Source: Nemertoderma westbladi (lineage: Eukaryota; Animalia; Xenacoelomorpha). Taken from it: 64,000 nucleotides of DNA. The notes beneath the pieces were generated by a model that was not told the DNA's origin, did not search any database, and saw only the letters and a program-made list of their open reading frames with translations. The stretch spans positions 1 through 64,000 of the forward strand of contig JAUCBJ010004510.1 of NCBI GenBank assembly GCA_032718475.1. The letters run 5' to 3'. The position numbers and the translations under genes were made by a program. This document shows, piece by piece, positions 31,901 through 41,692 of this stretch. Within the stretch, counting starts at the first letter, position 1, and each line of letters starts with the position of its first letter.

Positions 31901-34891
31901 ACCAGCAGCGACCAAGACATGCGGATCCTTCACGGTATTCCTCATAACTTCCTTGAATTGTTTGTCAACCATTGTAAATAAACGGCCTTCCTCTGGCATT
32001 TGTTGCATGATGTCAGGACTTGAGAATATTGGCTCCAAATAGAGCCACTGTGACTGGACTTTGAGCCATTCATCGATAGTCTCCTGAGTTCGCATCAGCT
32101 TATCCTCCCAGTCCTTGATTTCCACGCGAAATGGTTTGATAAAGGGGGAGCCCCTCATAGTTTGGGTCTTAACAATGTGATCATCGAGTATTGTTTGTAT
32201 TTCATCCACCGAAGATAATATCTTTATGCCAGTGTCTCTGTACTCAGTAAGAATAAACAAAATTGATTCCCATTCTTCAGACATCTTATGCATGGCTTTC
32301 TCTAGAGAGTACTCCTTACTCGCTGAACCACTTATAGTTTCAAACTGCTCCATGTATGGTTCTAATTCCAATTTCAAGACTTTTCGAAGAGTTGTCCCTG
32401 AATCCGGAGTAATATCTCGCTCAACTATATCATTCATTAACTTCCAATGTCTTTGTCTTATACCAGGATTGCAAAGTATACTAACTGTTGGAATATATTC
32501 TTTGAAGTCTCTGATCCCATTCATTACCATTTCTGTAACTCGAATACTTTCCCACTCCTCTTCAACTTCAGCATCTGCCTCTTCGTCATCATCCTTTCTC
32601 TTTCTACGAACGACTTCCTCTTTGCCAGACTTTTCTAACATATCCTTCTTTTTCAAGTTCAAAAAATACTTATTCAATTTATAAATTTCCCGCCAGTAAT
32701 CGTCAACTTCACCTTCAATTGTCTCTGAATCTAGTTCTAAGAAGGCCCCATCCATCCATTTCTTTTCAGCCCTCTGCCAACGCACCACCAAACCAAAGAG
32801 TTTCTGGAACGGCTCCAACCCTGACTGGATTTCATCCGGTTCAGTGAATTCAGTTAGTTCTAATTTAAACAATTCTTCCTCCTTGTTTACAAATTCAATA
32901 TCAACCCGGGCGTCCACAAGTCGTTTCTGTAACACTCGAACATCGTTCACGTACTGAAGCATCTGTTCCATTTCTCCACATTGTCGTAATTCCACTACTC
33001 TTTTCAATAACTTCTGAAGCTCAAGTATGACGGCTTCTTTGCGTTGTATGAGGATACTCTCACGCTCTTTCCTTGCAGCTTCAACTAAATCATCATTGTC
33101 ATCAAACACGGGATTAATTTCCTTAGGCCACATGAGTACAGTGTTATTGAGAATCATATCCTCCCTACTGAACATATACACGTCGAGGAGGTATTTCAAC
33201 CTGGTTTGAACTTGTTGAATGCGTTCATTGAGTTGAAGAGCGCCTATTGTTCTGGCGTGTTCAACAAATTTAGTCATCGCCGTGAGCTCCTCTGTATTCT
33301 CGGGCACTTTGAGGGCAACCTCCTTTACATGTTCATAAACGGCGCAGATGCTGAGATTCTCTACGCGATGGTCATCTGCAAGTCGATCCAACAACATATC
33401 GGACATTTGTTTGGCCTTGTCAACTAGTCCAGTCTTGAGATCCTCACAGTTAAGCATAACCATGTCGAAATAGACTAATGAATCCAGACTCCTGATATCC
33501 GCTGACACTTCTGCAAACATTTTGATATAGTCAGTGTACTCTTGGAAGGTGTGTTCTTCATTCAGAAATGTTTGAACACGATCCATTTCTTCACCGTTAC
33601 ACAAATAATTGTATTTATCTATATAGGCTTGAAGATAGGCATGTGGTTCCTCAAAATTCCGTTTAATCGACTCTTTTAAGGCTTTGTGGGAAACCCCAAT
33701 GATGTAATCGGAACAAGTAACGTCCACTGTTTCTGTTGTTTCCCCTGACAACCAGGAAGATACCGTAGACACGTTTTGCATGGCTTTACTGATCTGAGTG
33801 ACCACAGAGATGCAGGTTACATCAAGGTCACCTGGTGGTGGATAGAACTCCATAGTATCATCGTCTAGAGTTAATTCCATTTTAAACATTGGCAGTTGGT
33901 CAGAGTTATCTATATGGAATAGACTCACCCAAGCTTCTATCGTCCGGTGTAAAAATGATTTTAGTTGGTTGGAAAGCAAAGTCGACACACTTTGATAAAA
34001 CGACTCAATACGAGGAGCGGGAATATCTGTGAATTTCGACTTGTCGATAAAAATATTGATAACTTCAGGAAACCATCTACTGACTAGACGTTCTTCGGCT
34101 TTTTCAATATCTAAAATGACGTTATTTTTCAAACTTTCCAGGTTAATTGGTCCCTGTCTCCTTAAATTTGACATATCAACAAGCAGCATGTGCCCTAGAT
34201 TTCTTTGACACATGTCCAACACCTGCTGCATGGACGGGTGCAGAATATGTAGGACTTCTTTAATTTTGTTTCTGGACCTGATGTAGTTTTTGCGCCATGG
34301 GCTGGAGAAATCGAGGCCAGTGGGTTCGCGAGCCGGTGGTCTGGTATCATCGCCCTCCAGACCTTTGACGGGGGGTTTTATTAAAGTCTGGCCGACAGTG
34401 GCTTTGTGAATGTTCCTCACGTATTCCCCACGAACCTCTTCAAAAAGACGTTCTATGCTCAACTTCAAATATTTTTTTTTCTGCAACCTTGGCGGGATCA
34501 TTCTTAATATTGATTTTTCACAGTCTTTCGACATGGGTACAACCGGGCAAGCTTCCACACATTTTTTCATGAAGATGTAATTCAACCGCATTCGTCTTTC
34601 TTTGCTCATCATTGAGGGTGGGTAATCTGGCTCTTCCTCGGCAGTTGGAGAACGTTCCACTTTCTCCACCATTTCCTCCATGGACTGACAGGCCCTTTGG
34701 AAGACAATATCAGCGAGTAGACCCTCGATCTGCTTGGAGCGTCGGTAGTTCATCAGCATGGCAGTTTGTGACCCCGGGGTGCCCGGAGTGCGACGGGTCA
34801 CTGTGGGTATCGGAGGCAGGGGAGGTAACTCGTTGGGCCTCGAACCGTCCCGGTTGTCGCGATGCACCCCAGCCGAGGGCCGTTGCTCCAT
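22964..34891 (-). CDS. DNAH12: Axonemal inner-arm dynein heavy chain, DNAH12-like, 3975 aa, single exon
   Basis: Uninterrupted ORF with four P-loops (GPAGTGKT, GEPFAGKT, GPTGTGKS, GVGGSGRQS), stalk/MTBD and C-terminus HWIKRGVALLCQLDD. The N-terminal LPP...YRRSK and the C-terminus fit DNAH12 better than DNAH3/7 (recalled). Confidence 0.9.
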   Translation of the reverse strand: MEQRPSAGVHRDNRDGSRPNELPPLPPIPTVTRRTPGTPGSQTAMLMNYRRSKQIEGLLADIVFQRACQSMEEMVEKVERSPTAEEEPDYPPSMMSKERRMRLNYIFMKKCVEACPVVPMSKDCEKSILRMIPPRLQKKKYLKLSIERLFEEVRGEYVRNIHKATVGQTLIKPPVKGLEGDDTRPPAREPTGLDFSSPWRKNYIRSRNKIKEVLHILHPSMQQVLDMCQRNLGHMLLVDMSNLRRQGPINLESLKNNVILDIEKAEERLVSRWFPEVINIFIDKSKFTDIPAPRIESFYQSVSTLLSNQLKSFLHRTIEAWVSLFHIDNSDQLPMFKMELTLDDDTMEFYPPPGDLDVTCISVVTQISKAMQNVSTVSSWLSGETTETVDVTCSDYIIGVSHKALKESIKRNFEEPHAYLQAYIDKYNYLCNGEEMDRVQTFLNEEHTFQEYTDYIKMFAEVSADIRSLDSLVYFDMVMLNCEDLKTGLVDKAKQMSDMLLDRLADDHRVENLSICAVYEHVKEVALKVPENTEELTAMTKFVEHARTIGALQLNERIQQVQTRLKYLLDVYMFSREDMILNNTVLMWPKEINPVFDDNDDLVEAARKERESILIQRKEAVILELQKLLKRVVELRQCGEMEQMLQYVNDVRVLQKRLVDARVDIEFVNKEEELFKLELTEFTEPDEIQSGLEPFQKLFGLVVRWQRAEKKWMDGAFLELDSETIEGEVDDYWREIYKLNKYFLNLKKKDMLEKSGKEEVVRRKRKDDDEEADAEVEEEWESIRVTEMVMNGIRDFKEYIPTVSILCNPGIRQRHWKLMNDIVERDITPDSGTTLRKVLKLELEPYMEQFETISGSASKEYSLEKAMHKMSEEWESILFILTEYRDTGIKILSSVDEIQTILDDHIVKTQTMRGSPFIKPFRVEIKDWEDKLMRTQETIDEWLKVQSQWLYLEPIFSSPDIMQQMPEEGRLFTMVDKQFKEVMRNTVKDPHVLVAAGLAGLLERLQDANELLEKILKGLNAYLEKKRLFFPRFFFLSNDEMLEILSETKDPTRVQPHLKKCFEGVAKLEFTPSLDITAMFSSEGEKVKLSTVISTSEARGAVEKWLLQVQDVMLQSVRDVIEKSIDAYLLTPSRPQWTREWPGQVVLCVSQIFWTQDVHQAINDNALGPFYDALMKQLGDIVEMVRGKLEKQTRITLGALVTIDVHARDVVESITKAGVTSENDFKWLSQLRYYWENDNCRVKIINANCKYAYEYLGNSPRLVITPLTDRCYRTLIGAFNLNLGGAPEGPAGTGKTETTKDLAKALAVQCVVFNCSDGLDYLAMSKFFKGLASAGAWACFDEFNRIELEVLSVVAQQILAIQRAVQDGLDRFMFEGTEIDLNPNCFVAITMNPGYAGRSELPDNLKVLFRTVAMMVPDYALIAEISLYSCGFLDARNLAVKIVMTYRLCSEQLSSQFHYDYGMRAVKAVLIAAGNLKLTFPEQNEDILLLRSITDVNLPKFLSHDIPLFNGIISDLFPGVVMPEPDYGEFLTAAREACAEMKLQPVPSFMEQLIQTYEMMVVRHGFMLVGEPFAGKTCVIQCLANMLAKLNERGQMEENKAIYRIVNPKAVTMGQLFGQFDPVSHEWTDGVVANTFREFASTDTPDRKWVVFDGPIDTLWIESMNTVLDDNKKLCLMSGEIIQMSNAMSLMFETDDLSQASPATVSRCGMIYMEPESLGWRPIFESWLHELPEVMNKDYEKLIRAMFEWLVDPCIRFIKTTCKELVKTSSINLVRSLMYFYDILMSKHANEDNRSSKYLKNWMVSIFFFSLTWSVGATTDSDGMEKFDAYLREIFEGKNKDLPQIPSEVGKIDVPFPDTGQVYHYMFEAKNRGRWVHWNETIKKIEVASPKMKLNEIIVPTVDTARYTYLLSQCVENNRAALFVGPTGTGKSVYVKDKLMNHLDKDTFVPLFVNFSAQTSANQVQNLIMSKLDKRRKGIYGPPVGKKSIIFVDDMNMPAKEIYGAQPPIELLRQYFDHKNWYDLKETSKLSLVDLLFVAAMGPPAGGKNAVTPRFMRHFNIIAMNPFSDDAMVKIFTNICTLYFKKEEFSPDFYLVGQIIVAATMDVYKAATSNLLPTPAKSHYVFNLRDFSRVINGVTLIKKQSVENKRTYTKLWVHEVYRVFYDRLIDDNDRTWLFNLVKSLVKDHFKESFDAVFENLRGERRSVVEDDMRSLMFGDYMNPDGDIDERVYEEIVEIEEFNKISEHQLDEYNQVNKAKMNLVIFRYVLEHLSRISRILKQPGGNALLVGVGGSGRQSLTRLAGFMSGFNIFQPEITKQYGPVEWREDLKVVLKQAGAVGKPTILLVTDTQIKYESFLEDIDNLLNTGEVPNLYAPDEKQDVLETVRPAALLAAGDKNAEFSPLALFNFFVNQVKEKLHIVIAFSPIGDAFRNRMRQFPSLINCCTIDWFQAWPVDALERVANKFLENVEIEDEERGEIVTLCKYFHTSASDLSEKFLNELGRHNYVTPTSYLELIGSFKKLLHLKQEEVMKAKRRYIVGLEKLAFASTQVAEMQVELEELKPQLVITADENAKMFVVIETESVEVEAKSQLVAKEEAIVNEQAAEAQALKSECEADLAEAIPALEAALAALDTLKPADISIVKSMKNPPHGVKLVMESVCVMQEIKPDRIPDPSGSGKKIEDYWGPSKKLLGDMNFLASLRTYDKDNIPIPVMKKIRTEYISNTEFVPEKVAKASSAAEGLCRWVRAMEIYDRVAKVVAPKKLKLAEAELMLSQATSQLNAKRAELAAIKERLAALHRDLAETTKKKEELEFQVDLCGKKLIRAEKLIGGLGGEKDRWTTAAANLQRTYDNLPGDVLISSAVIAYLGAFTASYRNDCSETWAKECVKRKIPCSEGYSLSNTLGEPIKIRAWNIAGLPTDNFSIDNGVIVDNTRRWPLMIDPQGQANKWVKNMEKDKQLSVIKFTDPDYMRNLENCIQFGNPLLLENIGEDLDPSLEPLLLKQTFKQSGVECIRLGENIIEYSQDFRFYITTKLRNPHYLPETAVKVTLLNFMITPEGLQDQLLGIVVAKERPELEDDRQSLIIQSATNKKTLKEIEDKILETLSKEGNILEDESAIEILDSSKILSDDISKKQKVAEETQKKIEIARQGYKPVAIHSSILFFSIADLGNIDPMYQYALTWFINLFINSIHDSNKSKILDKRLRYLSDHFTYNLYSNVCRSLFEKDKLIFSFVLCSNLLLHKKEMDPAELKFFLTGGVGLENKLANPDNSWLSDKSWDELCRLDDLPSFKGIRDSLCDDIPPWKHFYEQKEPHKAQLPNPWAGKLQEFQKLVVLRVIRPDKILPRVINFVMEKLGSKFVRPPPFDLAKSYVDSSAVIPLVFVLSPGADPMAALLKFAGDKGFSGDKFNAISLGQGQGPVASKLIEKAKQDGSWVCLQNCHLATSWMTSLERICAAFNPDEVNSEFRLWLTSYPSPKFPVTVLQNSVKMTNEPPTGLRQNLLQSYLSDPLSDESFFTGCVGKEFEFEKLMYGLCFFHALVQERRKFGPLGWNIAYGFNESDLRISVRQLQLFINNYEELPYEAITYLTGECNYGGRVTDDWDRRTLTTILADFYNPSLVTDPKYKFSPSGLYYAPKRETYEEYVEFIKELPTNQEPEVFGMHDNVSISRELQETKQLLDNILVTQGQSGGGGKQSETDQLLTNIANDILAKLPDNYNLEIAQNKYPVRYNESMNTVLVQEMERFNNLLTSIRSSLQNLLKAIKGLVVMNAELEQLSYSLMVGKLPALWAKRSYPSLKPLGSFISDLLVRLAFLQRWFEENKPKVFWISGFFFTQAFLTGALQNYARKYVIPIDKLTYSFKVLPQETSDHFPEDGVYVNGLFLDGCRWDRKVGLLAESHPKVLFDPVPIIWIKPVKKDELVTANEYACPCYKTSERKGTLSTTGHSTNFVLQMLLKTDRPVEHWIKRGVALLCQLDD

Positions 34892-35252
34892 TATAATTAT
34901 TTTACACTCAAAGTATAAAAATATAATGAGTTTTTAGTTTAAAGAATTTATAGGTGGATATATTCGTTGTATGCAATAACAATTAAGTTTTAAACCAATA
35001 CAATTTGTAAATAATTCCAGCGCAATTTTAATAAAATTATTCAAATAAATTTAAAATAAAACCACATTATTCTATTTCGTAAGGTCATCAAAAGGTTATT
35101 TTTAATTAGCAAAATACAACTTAGTGATCTAAACACAAAATTCGATAATAAATATGTTAATTCTCTTAGCTATAGTATGGCGATTTATATTAAACACCAT
35201 GTTAATTGTTAACAATTGCTAATTTTTTAGCTAGTGTATTGTATTTGTCGTA

Positions 35253-35281
35253 GTTACCCCAACAACGGTTGCCATAACCAC
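35253..35281. promoter_or_regulatory. Two adjacent RFX X-box-like motifs upstream of the dynein gene
   Basis: GTTACCCCAACAAC (35253-35266) and GTTGCCATAACCAC (35268-35281), about 370 bp upstream of the ATG; ATTGG (CCAAT) near 35332. Confidence 0.55.
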
Positions 35282-36645
35282 AACTTAATAAAACACTGGC
35301 AGGAGGTGTGATGGAGAACGCGGGCGCTGTGATTGGTTACATCAGTGGAACTGAATGATAGGTGCCAAGTTCAAATACAGTAAACTAATAATCAATCTAT
35401 TTCACTGAATGTGCAGTAAATTTGACTTTCCACTTTTATTAATAGTAATTTGTGATATACAATACATATTATATTTCATGCAAACAATATAATCACTAAT
35501 TTTTTATACATCAGATGATAACGATATTTCTAAATTGAGACGTTATAAAGTGGTAAATGTATGAAGGGGTAGATTATTCCATGAAGTACATAATTTTATT
35601 GTTAAATTATTTCAATATTGGTTCCAAGCATTCGAAATAGAGCAATATAGTTTGGTTTCAAAAAACTTTTTGTACTAAAAGTATATTCGGTGCAGAGTGA
35701 GCCATAAAGTCAACTGAATGTGATGAAAACGAGCCAGGTACAGAATTCTAGTTTTGAGCTATATATTTCATTCATTATATTTTTTTCACATCTGTTTTTT
35801 AAGGCTTTTAAGAAATTGCTTCAATCGTATTCAATCAGTCTATTCAATTTCATTAGATATAATCATAATTAGAAAGCTGGATTAGCAAACGGACTTTAAA
35901 TCTGTGAAGAACATCATGATTCCGTTGAGAAATAGCTGAGATAAATTGCTTGTTTGATTTTGGGCACGTGAAGTGGTATTCTGGAACAGTTTTTATAATA
36001 ATTATTACTGATAGTGAGGCTCTACAATATTTACTAAAAAAGAATAGCCTCGTCTCACGCAGCCGCAAAAACATGTAGATTTCGAACTATCATATCTCTA
36101 CTATTCTCGAGTCAGGGTGGGGGGGAACTGGACGCGAATCCCCTCTCGGCGAATTTTTGCGTCCAATTTCCCCTGGAGAGGGATGAATTGAGGGAAGAAT
36201 TTATTGTGTCCAGTCCCCCCCCCCCCCCCCCCCCCCCCCCCTTTATCAGCTATTCTCTATGAAATGCTGAAGTTTTTAGTTTTAACAGATTTAGAATCAT
36301 TGTCAAGCCAGCATTACAACTATATCGAATACTAGCGGCTAATGTGAATGATTATTATTGTTAGTGACGTGCAAACTTCACTTGAGAAAATCAGTTTAAT
36401 TAGATCACACATCGTTCGAAAAATAACGGAAAATCAGCCTAGTATATGGACAGCGAGGGTAACGTTGAACTGGTTGTGTTTCAAATTGCAAGCAATTTTT
36501 ATGACGTTGTTTGTAGAAAAATATAGGGGGGAGGGGGGGGGGGGGGGGGGGGGGATCTGGTCATCATCTTACACTGCATCACCTAGAGGTATTAACTGCT
36601 ATGCTTAAAAAAATTAACGTTGTGTCTTAAAGGAAAGTCTGTAAT

Positions 36646-37420
36646 TTGCTGCATTGTCTGCCAACCCTGCTGCATTTCAGCCAACCCTGCTGCATTTCAG
36701 CCAACCCTGCTGCATTGTCTGCCAACCCTGCAGCATTGTCTGCCAACCCTGCTGCATTGTCTACCAACCCTCTAGCATTGTCTGCCAACCCTGCTGCATT
36801 GTCTGCCAACCCTGCAGCATTGTCAACCAACCCTGCTGCATTGTCTGCCAACCCTGTTGCATTGTCAACCAACCCTGCTGCATTGTCTGCCAACCCTGTT
36901 GCATTGTCAACCAACCCTGCTGCATTGTCTGCCAACCCTGCTGCATTGTATGTCAACCCTGATACATTGTCTGTCAACCCTGCTGCATTTTCAACCAACC
37001 CTGCTGCATTGTATGCCAACCCTGCTGCATTGTCAACTAACCCTGCTGCATTGTCTGCCAACCCTGCTGCATTGTCTGCCAACCCTGTGGCATTGTCTGC
37101 CAACCATGCTGCATTGTCTGCTTACCCGGCTGCATTGTCTACCAACCCTGCTGCATTGTCACCCAACCCTGCTGCATTGTCTGGCAACCCTGAGTCATTG
37201 TCTGTCAACCCTGCTGCATTGTCAACCAACCCTGCTGCATTGTATGCCAACCCTGCTGCATTGTCAACTAACCCTGCTGCATTGTCTGCCAACCCTGCTG
37301 CATTGTCTGCCAACCCTGTGGCATTGTCTGCCAACCATGCTGCATTGTCTGCCAACCCGGCTGCATTGTCTACCAACCCTGCTGCATTGTCAACCAACCC
37401 TGCTGCATTGTCAGCCAATC
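36646..37420. repeat. 21-bp minisatellite (about 37 copies)
   Basis: Unit CCAACCCTGCTGCATTGTCTG with variants; it generates the repetitive ORFs on both strands. Confidence 0.92.
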
Positions 37421-37581
37421 CATCATCGGGCTCTCATCGCTTAGAAAATTTTCGTTTGGCAAATGGACTCGGTGAAAACTGAAAAGGGAGGCTATAATGT
37501 GAAACGTACCCTTTAATTTGTAAAAAACAAGTAGTTAAAATATATATGTTTCAGTGTTGTTAGTGACAATTAATTATTGGC

Positions 37582-38235
37582 TCAAGGAATATTTAACAAG
37601 TTTGACTGTTCATACATATTCTGAGTTAGGATGTGGACTCTACTCATAGCGTCAACAATGTTGTCAAGTTGCTCCATAACATCACGCCTCTCACGATCGC
37701 CAAACAGATTATGGAACAACGTGGTGCGAGTCGGCAATGTCTTCAGAGCTAAGTAGACTGTCTGTCGCAGCATCCAAGAATGGTGTTTAGCCAACGATGA
37801 ATCGTAAGCATTTCTTACTATTTTTTGAGTGGAATCCCCCTCTGAGCTCGTGTTCAGCCCTTCAAATACCAAGGTAACGAAGTTGAGAGCTCGGTGTAAT
37901 ATGAGAAGTTGCCGAGATCCTGAGATTTTATCAGGCACATCGAAATCGATTAAATGTTCTTTTAACTCAAATTGTAACATCGCCCCAATAAACAGATAAT
38001 GTTCAGAGATATTCTTGTCATATAATTTCGCTTGTAAAGTTCCCATTTTACTTTTCAAGTCCGACGTAAGAAACGTAAAAACTGAACCCATGACATTGAA
38101 AAAGAGTAATATTTCATCCCAAATGTTTAGATACAAGGGGATTCTTACATCGTTATCGGGATTGCGGATGGATTCTTTGCAGTGCTCCAAGAGACGAATG
38201 ACACTAAAACAATCGTCATGATTCCCCATAGCCAT
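37582..38235 (-). CDS. GLTP-fold lipid transfer protein (CPTP/GLTPD-like), single coding exon
   Basis: MGSVFTFLTSDLKSK, SGSRQLLILHRALNF and AYDSSLAKHHSWMLRQ are GLTP/CPTP motifs. The first ATG is at 38235; the ORF track starts at a non-ATG codon. Confidence 0.82.
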   Translation of the reverse strand: MAMGNHDDCFSVIRLLEHCKESIRNPDNDVRIPLYLNIWDEILLFFNVMGSVFTFLTSDLKSKMGTLQAKLYDKNISEHYLFIGAMLQFELKEHLIDFDVPDKISGSRQLLILHRALNFVTLVFEGLNTSSEGDSTQKIVRNAYDSSLAKHHSWMLRQTVYLALKTLPTRTTLFHNLFGDRERRDVMEQLDNIVDAMSRVHILTQNMYEQSNLLNIP

Positions 38236-38465
38236 TGTGTAACACGAGTTCAGTTGTAGCAGCAGAACCAAAGGCTACCTGAAAGGCTACAGGGCGCGAC
38301 AACAAGGTAGCCTTGCGCAGACACAATTAATTACTGTAGATAAGGAGTAGGTAGTTGCACATGTAAGTTATTTTGAATGGTTTCGTCTCAGTAAGATGTT
38401 CTAGAATATCTGTTCAACTAATGGAAACCATGCCCGTCCTTAATTACTAATCAATCCAATCTAAA

Positions 38466-39362
38466 TACACCATAACCTTTAATACAACAACCATTTTTAG
38501 GGGGTCGGAGCCCCCCCTCCCCCCCCCCCTAATTTTTTTCAAATTTCAATAAAATGCTACGAAATTTGGTATGATGATAGATCGACACCTTTTCTTACTG
38601 GTGGCCTGGTCGGATTTTTTAATTTATGAGCCATTTCGATACAACAAGCTGTTGAAAATCGTCTATTTCGCAATATTTATCCACCTCCGTCGGCTTTATT
38701 TTTCGTCTTTGGAATGAAATCTAGATATCATTAGATCCGCCTTCATCTGCAGATTCCGAATATGAAACCCGTTGTAAATTTCACCAAGAACTTCCGGAAA
38801 TATTATCAAAATACTAAGGTGTAAATTTATGTGACGTAAATCGCTATAATTCTAATGTTTTATTTACTCCATTCTAGAATATTAATTATGGATAATGAAA
38901 AAACAAGATGGAGAGTTTTAAACGCTCAGCTAAATAATAATTAATATTCTAGAATAAAGACAACAAAACATCAGAATTATAGCGATTTACGTCTCTAAAT
39001 TTACACATTAGTATTTTGATAATATCTTTACCAATTTTTGGTTAATTTTAAAACGGTTTTCAGATTCTGAATCTACAGACGAAGGCACTTCGAATGATAT
39101 CTAGATTACATTTCAAAGACGAAAAATAAAGTCTACGGAGGTGGTTAAACATTGCTAAATAAACATTTTTTAAGGGATTGTTGTATGGAAATAACTGAGA
39201 AATAAAAAAAATCCGGCCAGGCCACCAGTAAGAAAAGGTGTCAATCCATCATCATACCGAATTTCGTAGCATTTTATTTAAATTTGAAAAAAATTAGGGG
39301 GGGGGGGGGGGGGGGTGCTCCGACCCCCTAAAAATGGTTGTTGTATTAAGGGTTATGGTGTA
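38466..39362. mobile_element. MITE with long terminal inverted repeats (about 900 bp)
   Basis: TACACCATAACC...TAATACAACAACCATTTTTAGGGGGTCGGAGC is mirrored by GCTCCGACCCCCTAAAAATGGTTGTTGTATTAAGGGTTATGGTGTA; the arms pair for several hundred bp. Confidence 0.85.
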
Positions 39363-40497
39363 CCCGAATGTGGTTGTCTTCACCTAAATGCTAATTTTGA
39401 GTGTGAAAAGTAAATATTGCGCTTTAGTTTTAATTGTTTCATTAATAAAAAATATTTATTTTTACCACCGCCAAGCACAATTTCGCGTTATGATAAAAAA
39501 CTTATACAAACCACAATTATGGGTGATTCTCGTAAAATCTGTTCCGCATCGCGGACGGGAGAAGGTGAAAAAAATGTTTTGTTAAAGTTAAATATTCCAG
39601 TACTAAAATATGTTTTATAATCATAGTTTGGTGTTTTAAAGTATTAAAATATCCAAGCATTTGTGTGTTTTAAATCTGGCTGCCTATCATTGTTGCGGAT
39701 GAGACATAACCCATGTCATTGTGCTTATAAAGATTGTGTTTGCACATAAGATACACTGATATTTTGAGTTACAAACTAAGACCAATGTTTTGGCAAAAAT
39801 TACAAACTTTACTGCTATAAAAATACGCAAATAACTCATATTTGATTAAAAACGCAAACAAATTCAGCGGCATATCTGATGTGTAACCATCTCTAGGGAA
39901 ATATGAAGCTAATTTATAATACGAATTGGAGAGAAACATGGCAACGAGTCACAAAAGGCTATATTGACTCTATGTTCATAACACAAACATGATTTTGAAA
40001 TTTTATATTTATTCAATTAATGTCCCGTCCGCAACGTTCATGTACTAAGTTTAGAAACCATCAGTATAGTCAGTGGAACAGCTGTTCCATATCAATGTCC
40101 CCTATGTCCTCTCCTTTAAATCCTCCAAACCACTGACTTCTAGAATATTAATTTATATCAGGACTGGAAACTGAATTTAATCGTAATGTGTCGAGGCCTA
40201 CACTCGGAATATTTCTAGCAGTAATTTATTTTAGGATTCATCATATCTAATCGCTAGGGCCATCCTGTTGAACTTTTCTGAACGGACTTTAATAACTTTT
40301 GTTGCATTCGATTCCCAGGTTTCTCAGCTTTACTTAGAATATAAAATAACCCAAATGTTTGTTAAGGAGATATATTTACCCGATCGCTAAAGGATCCGTA
40401 GTGAACGCTGCGAGCTGTGGCTTTGTGATACTGCAGTATTTTGCTCCTACTGTGTTCCGTTTAATATTTCTTATTGAGAATGGAGTTCCAAATTTAT

Positions 40498-40528
<31 letters not shown>

Positions 40529-41073
40529 CTACCTTATAATATTATCTGACATGCCAGTCGTATGTAAATTTATATTGGAGTAAATCAACCTGGTTCGAGA
40601 TGAAAATTATATGAGTTGAAACGCATTGTATTATCGATTAAACTGCGTTTTTATTTATTAAATTTCCTTAATTTATTATCCTGCACTGTTTTTTACGGAT
40701 CTACGTTTCGGTACAATCTGTATTTGCGCAGATCTGTCCAGTTCTCTAGTGGCAAGATGCTCTCCATTATATTAATTAGTAAACAGTAACTTGGAATTGG
40801 CAGCTGAGCGATTATGAGAGTCTAGTAATAGTAATTTCAAATGGAAATTGTTATAACTTGAAAACTAAAAGAGCTATTAAATAGCTGTTTTCAGATTTGG
40901 GAACACCATTTAATCGCGCATTATAATAGATCATAAAAATAATTTCGACATAATAGTCCCCCCATGATATGGGGGGACTATTATGCGTTTATATATTATG
41001 CTATTATACTACATAGTATACTACTATGCTACTATACTATTATGCTATTATTGGGACTATTATCACTATTATG

Positions 41074-41692
41074 CGTTGCGGATGGGACATCCGTTGTTGG
41101 CGGGACATTGGCATTTAGAAAAGGACAGGTTGCTTGTAATTTCAAACACACGGTAGAAGTTTGAGATATTTTTCAAGAATAGTTGGAAGATATTGCGCTT
41201 AATAATTGCTACAACAAACTGTATTGTGTGTACTGTATGTAATAATTGACGAACTTTTGGCACAAGAATACACATTCTAACCACCAAACGTGAACCACGA
41301 AATCAAAAATGATGCGGATGGGTCATTTAGCATGACAACGATTTTTGCACAAATAATGCTAAAATCCACGCCTAAAAATAGATCAATCTACATTAATTCA
41401 CTTTAAAACGTACTCTGGACAGGTCATATACCACCTAATATTGAAGAGCTAATCTTTTAGCACAATGTTCGGAAATTATTATAGGACTAATCGCAGTTTA
41501 TTTTTCACAAATGTTGCGGATGGGACACTTTTTTGTATTATTTTGACTCAAAACAGAGATTAGCAAATTTTTGCAGTGGTACGTATAGATTGGAATATTA
41601 TTGTCGGAAAAAATGAGCCATTAATCTCATATCTAGGATGGTTTAAAGGGAGATAAACGGCCATGAAATGTGCTAATCTCCCATCCGCAACG
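41074..41692. mobile_element. Probable non-autonomous DNA transposon remnant
   Basis: CGTTGCGGATGGGA at 41074 and TCCCATCCGCAACG at about 41679-41692; the motif recurs at about 39692, 40021, 41313 and 41513. Confidence 0.45.

Noticed and set aside
23288-34896. Short plus-strand ORFs overlapping the dynein gene
   Set aside because: Antisense shadows of a long coding sequence, with no recognisable motifs.
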